The notes under the pieces were generated by a model. It made no database searches, was not told the DNA's origin, and worked only from the letters and a program-made list of their open reading frames with translations. The translations under genes were made by a program, and so were the position numbers. A stretch of DNA of 56,603 bases from Bacteroidota bacterium (lineage in GTDB: Bacteria > Bacteroidota > Bacteroidia > JABDFU01): the NCBI GenBank assembly GCA_013286805.1, contig JABDEY010000005.1, positions 1 through 56,603 of the forward strand. Direction: 5' to 3'. Below, piece after piece: positions 56,321 through 56,603 of this stretch; the first letter of the stretch is position 1; every line of letters starts with the position of its first letter.

Positions 56321-56603
56321 TTTACCGATACTGCTGCTAAAGAGTTTATCTGGGAACTACGAATTGACACTCTTAGGGCTAAAAATTTCCGCCACCTGCT
56401 GCGCGTATTGAAATTCGACACTGCATTGAAACTTAGCCCGGGGAATCCCTTCGGGCTGAATATCTCATTAGCTATAGCCCCGGGCAGGTTTTATGAATTA
56501 AGTATCCGACGGGAAGGCAATGCATCTGAAGGTGTCCTGGTGGCAAGTGCAAAAAATTCAGCTGTTTTTTATAAATCCAATAGTGTAATTTCAGGAAATG
56601 TCA
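56246..56603 (+). CDS. Partial open frame running off the window end (hypothetical)
   Basis: Stop-free from ATG 56246 to the end (...YKEVFTDTAAKEFIWELRIDTLRAKNF...GRFYELSIRREGNASEGVLVASAKNSAVFY...). It overlaps the minus-strand gene head-to-head. Confidence 0.4.
   Translation, partial: MNIIEKGSCFIVDERNIDRSKYKEVFTDTAAKEFIWELRIDTLRAKNFRHLLRVLKFDTALKLSPGNPFGLNISLAIAPGRFYELSIRREGNASEGVLVASAKNSAVFYKSNSVISGNV

Overview
A 56.6-kb chromosomal segment from a Bacteroidota bacterium, judged from PorZ, several T9SS C-terminal-domain cargos, an IPExxxVDY protein and a TAnnTTTG promoter. It is probably origin-proximal: an AT-rich nadA/rpiB intergenic region holds many degenerate DnaA boxes (oriC candidate), and three parS palindromes lie about 26 kb away. 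Most genes are housekeeping or envelope genes (rnr, nadA, rpiB, ybeY, rimK, pyk, porZ, recO, alpha-2-macroglobulin, TonB receptor, GT-C membrane proteins). The standout is an AT-rich ~4.5-kb accessory island (about 5.3-9.8 kb). It encodes a standalone ASCH protein, an XRE-HTH/ImmA-IrrE regulator with a broken HExxH motif, a PIN-GNAT-EVE/ASCH-like fusion and a membrane-anchored unknown protein, and is a candidate nucleic-acid-acetylation defence or toxin system. Also notable are two related structured non-coding elements interleaved with the parS sites, another structured element at the island edge, a likely non-canonical start for recO, and two possible assembly artefacts near the window ends. 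All family calls come from motif recognition by eye; no database searches were run.
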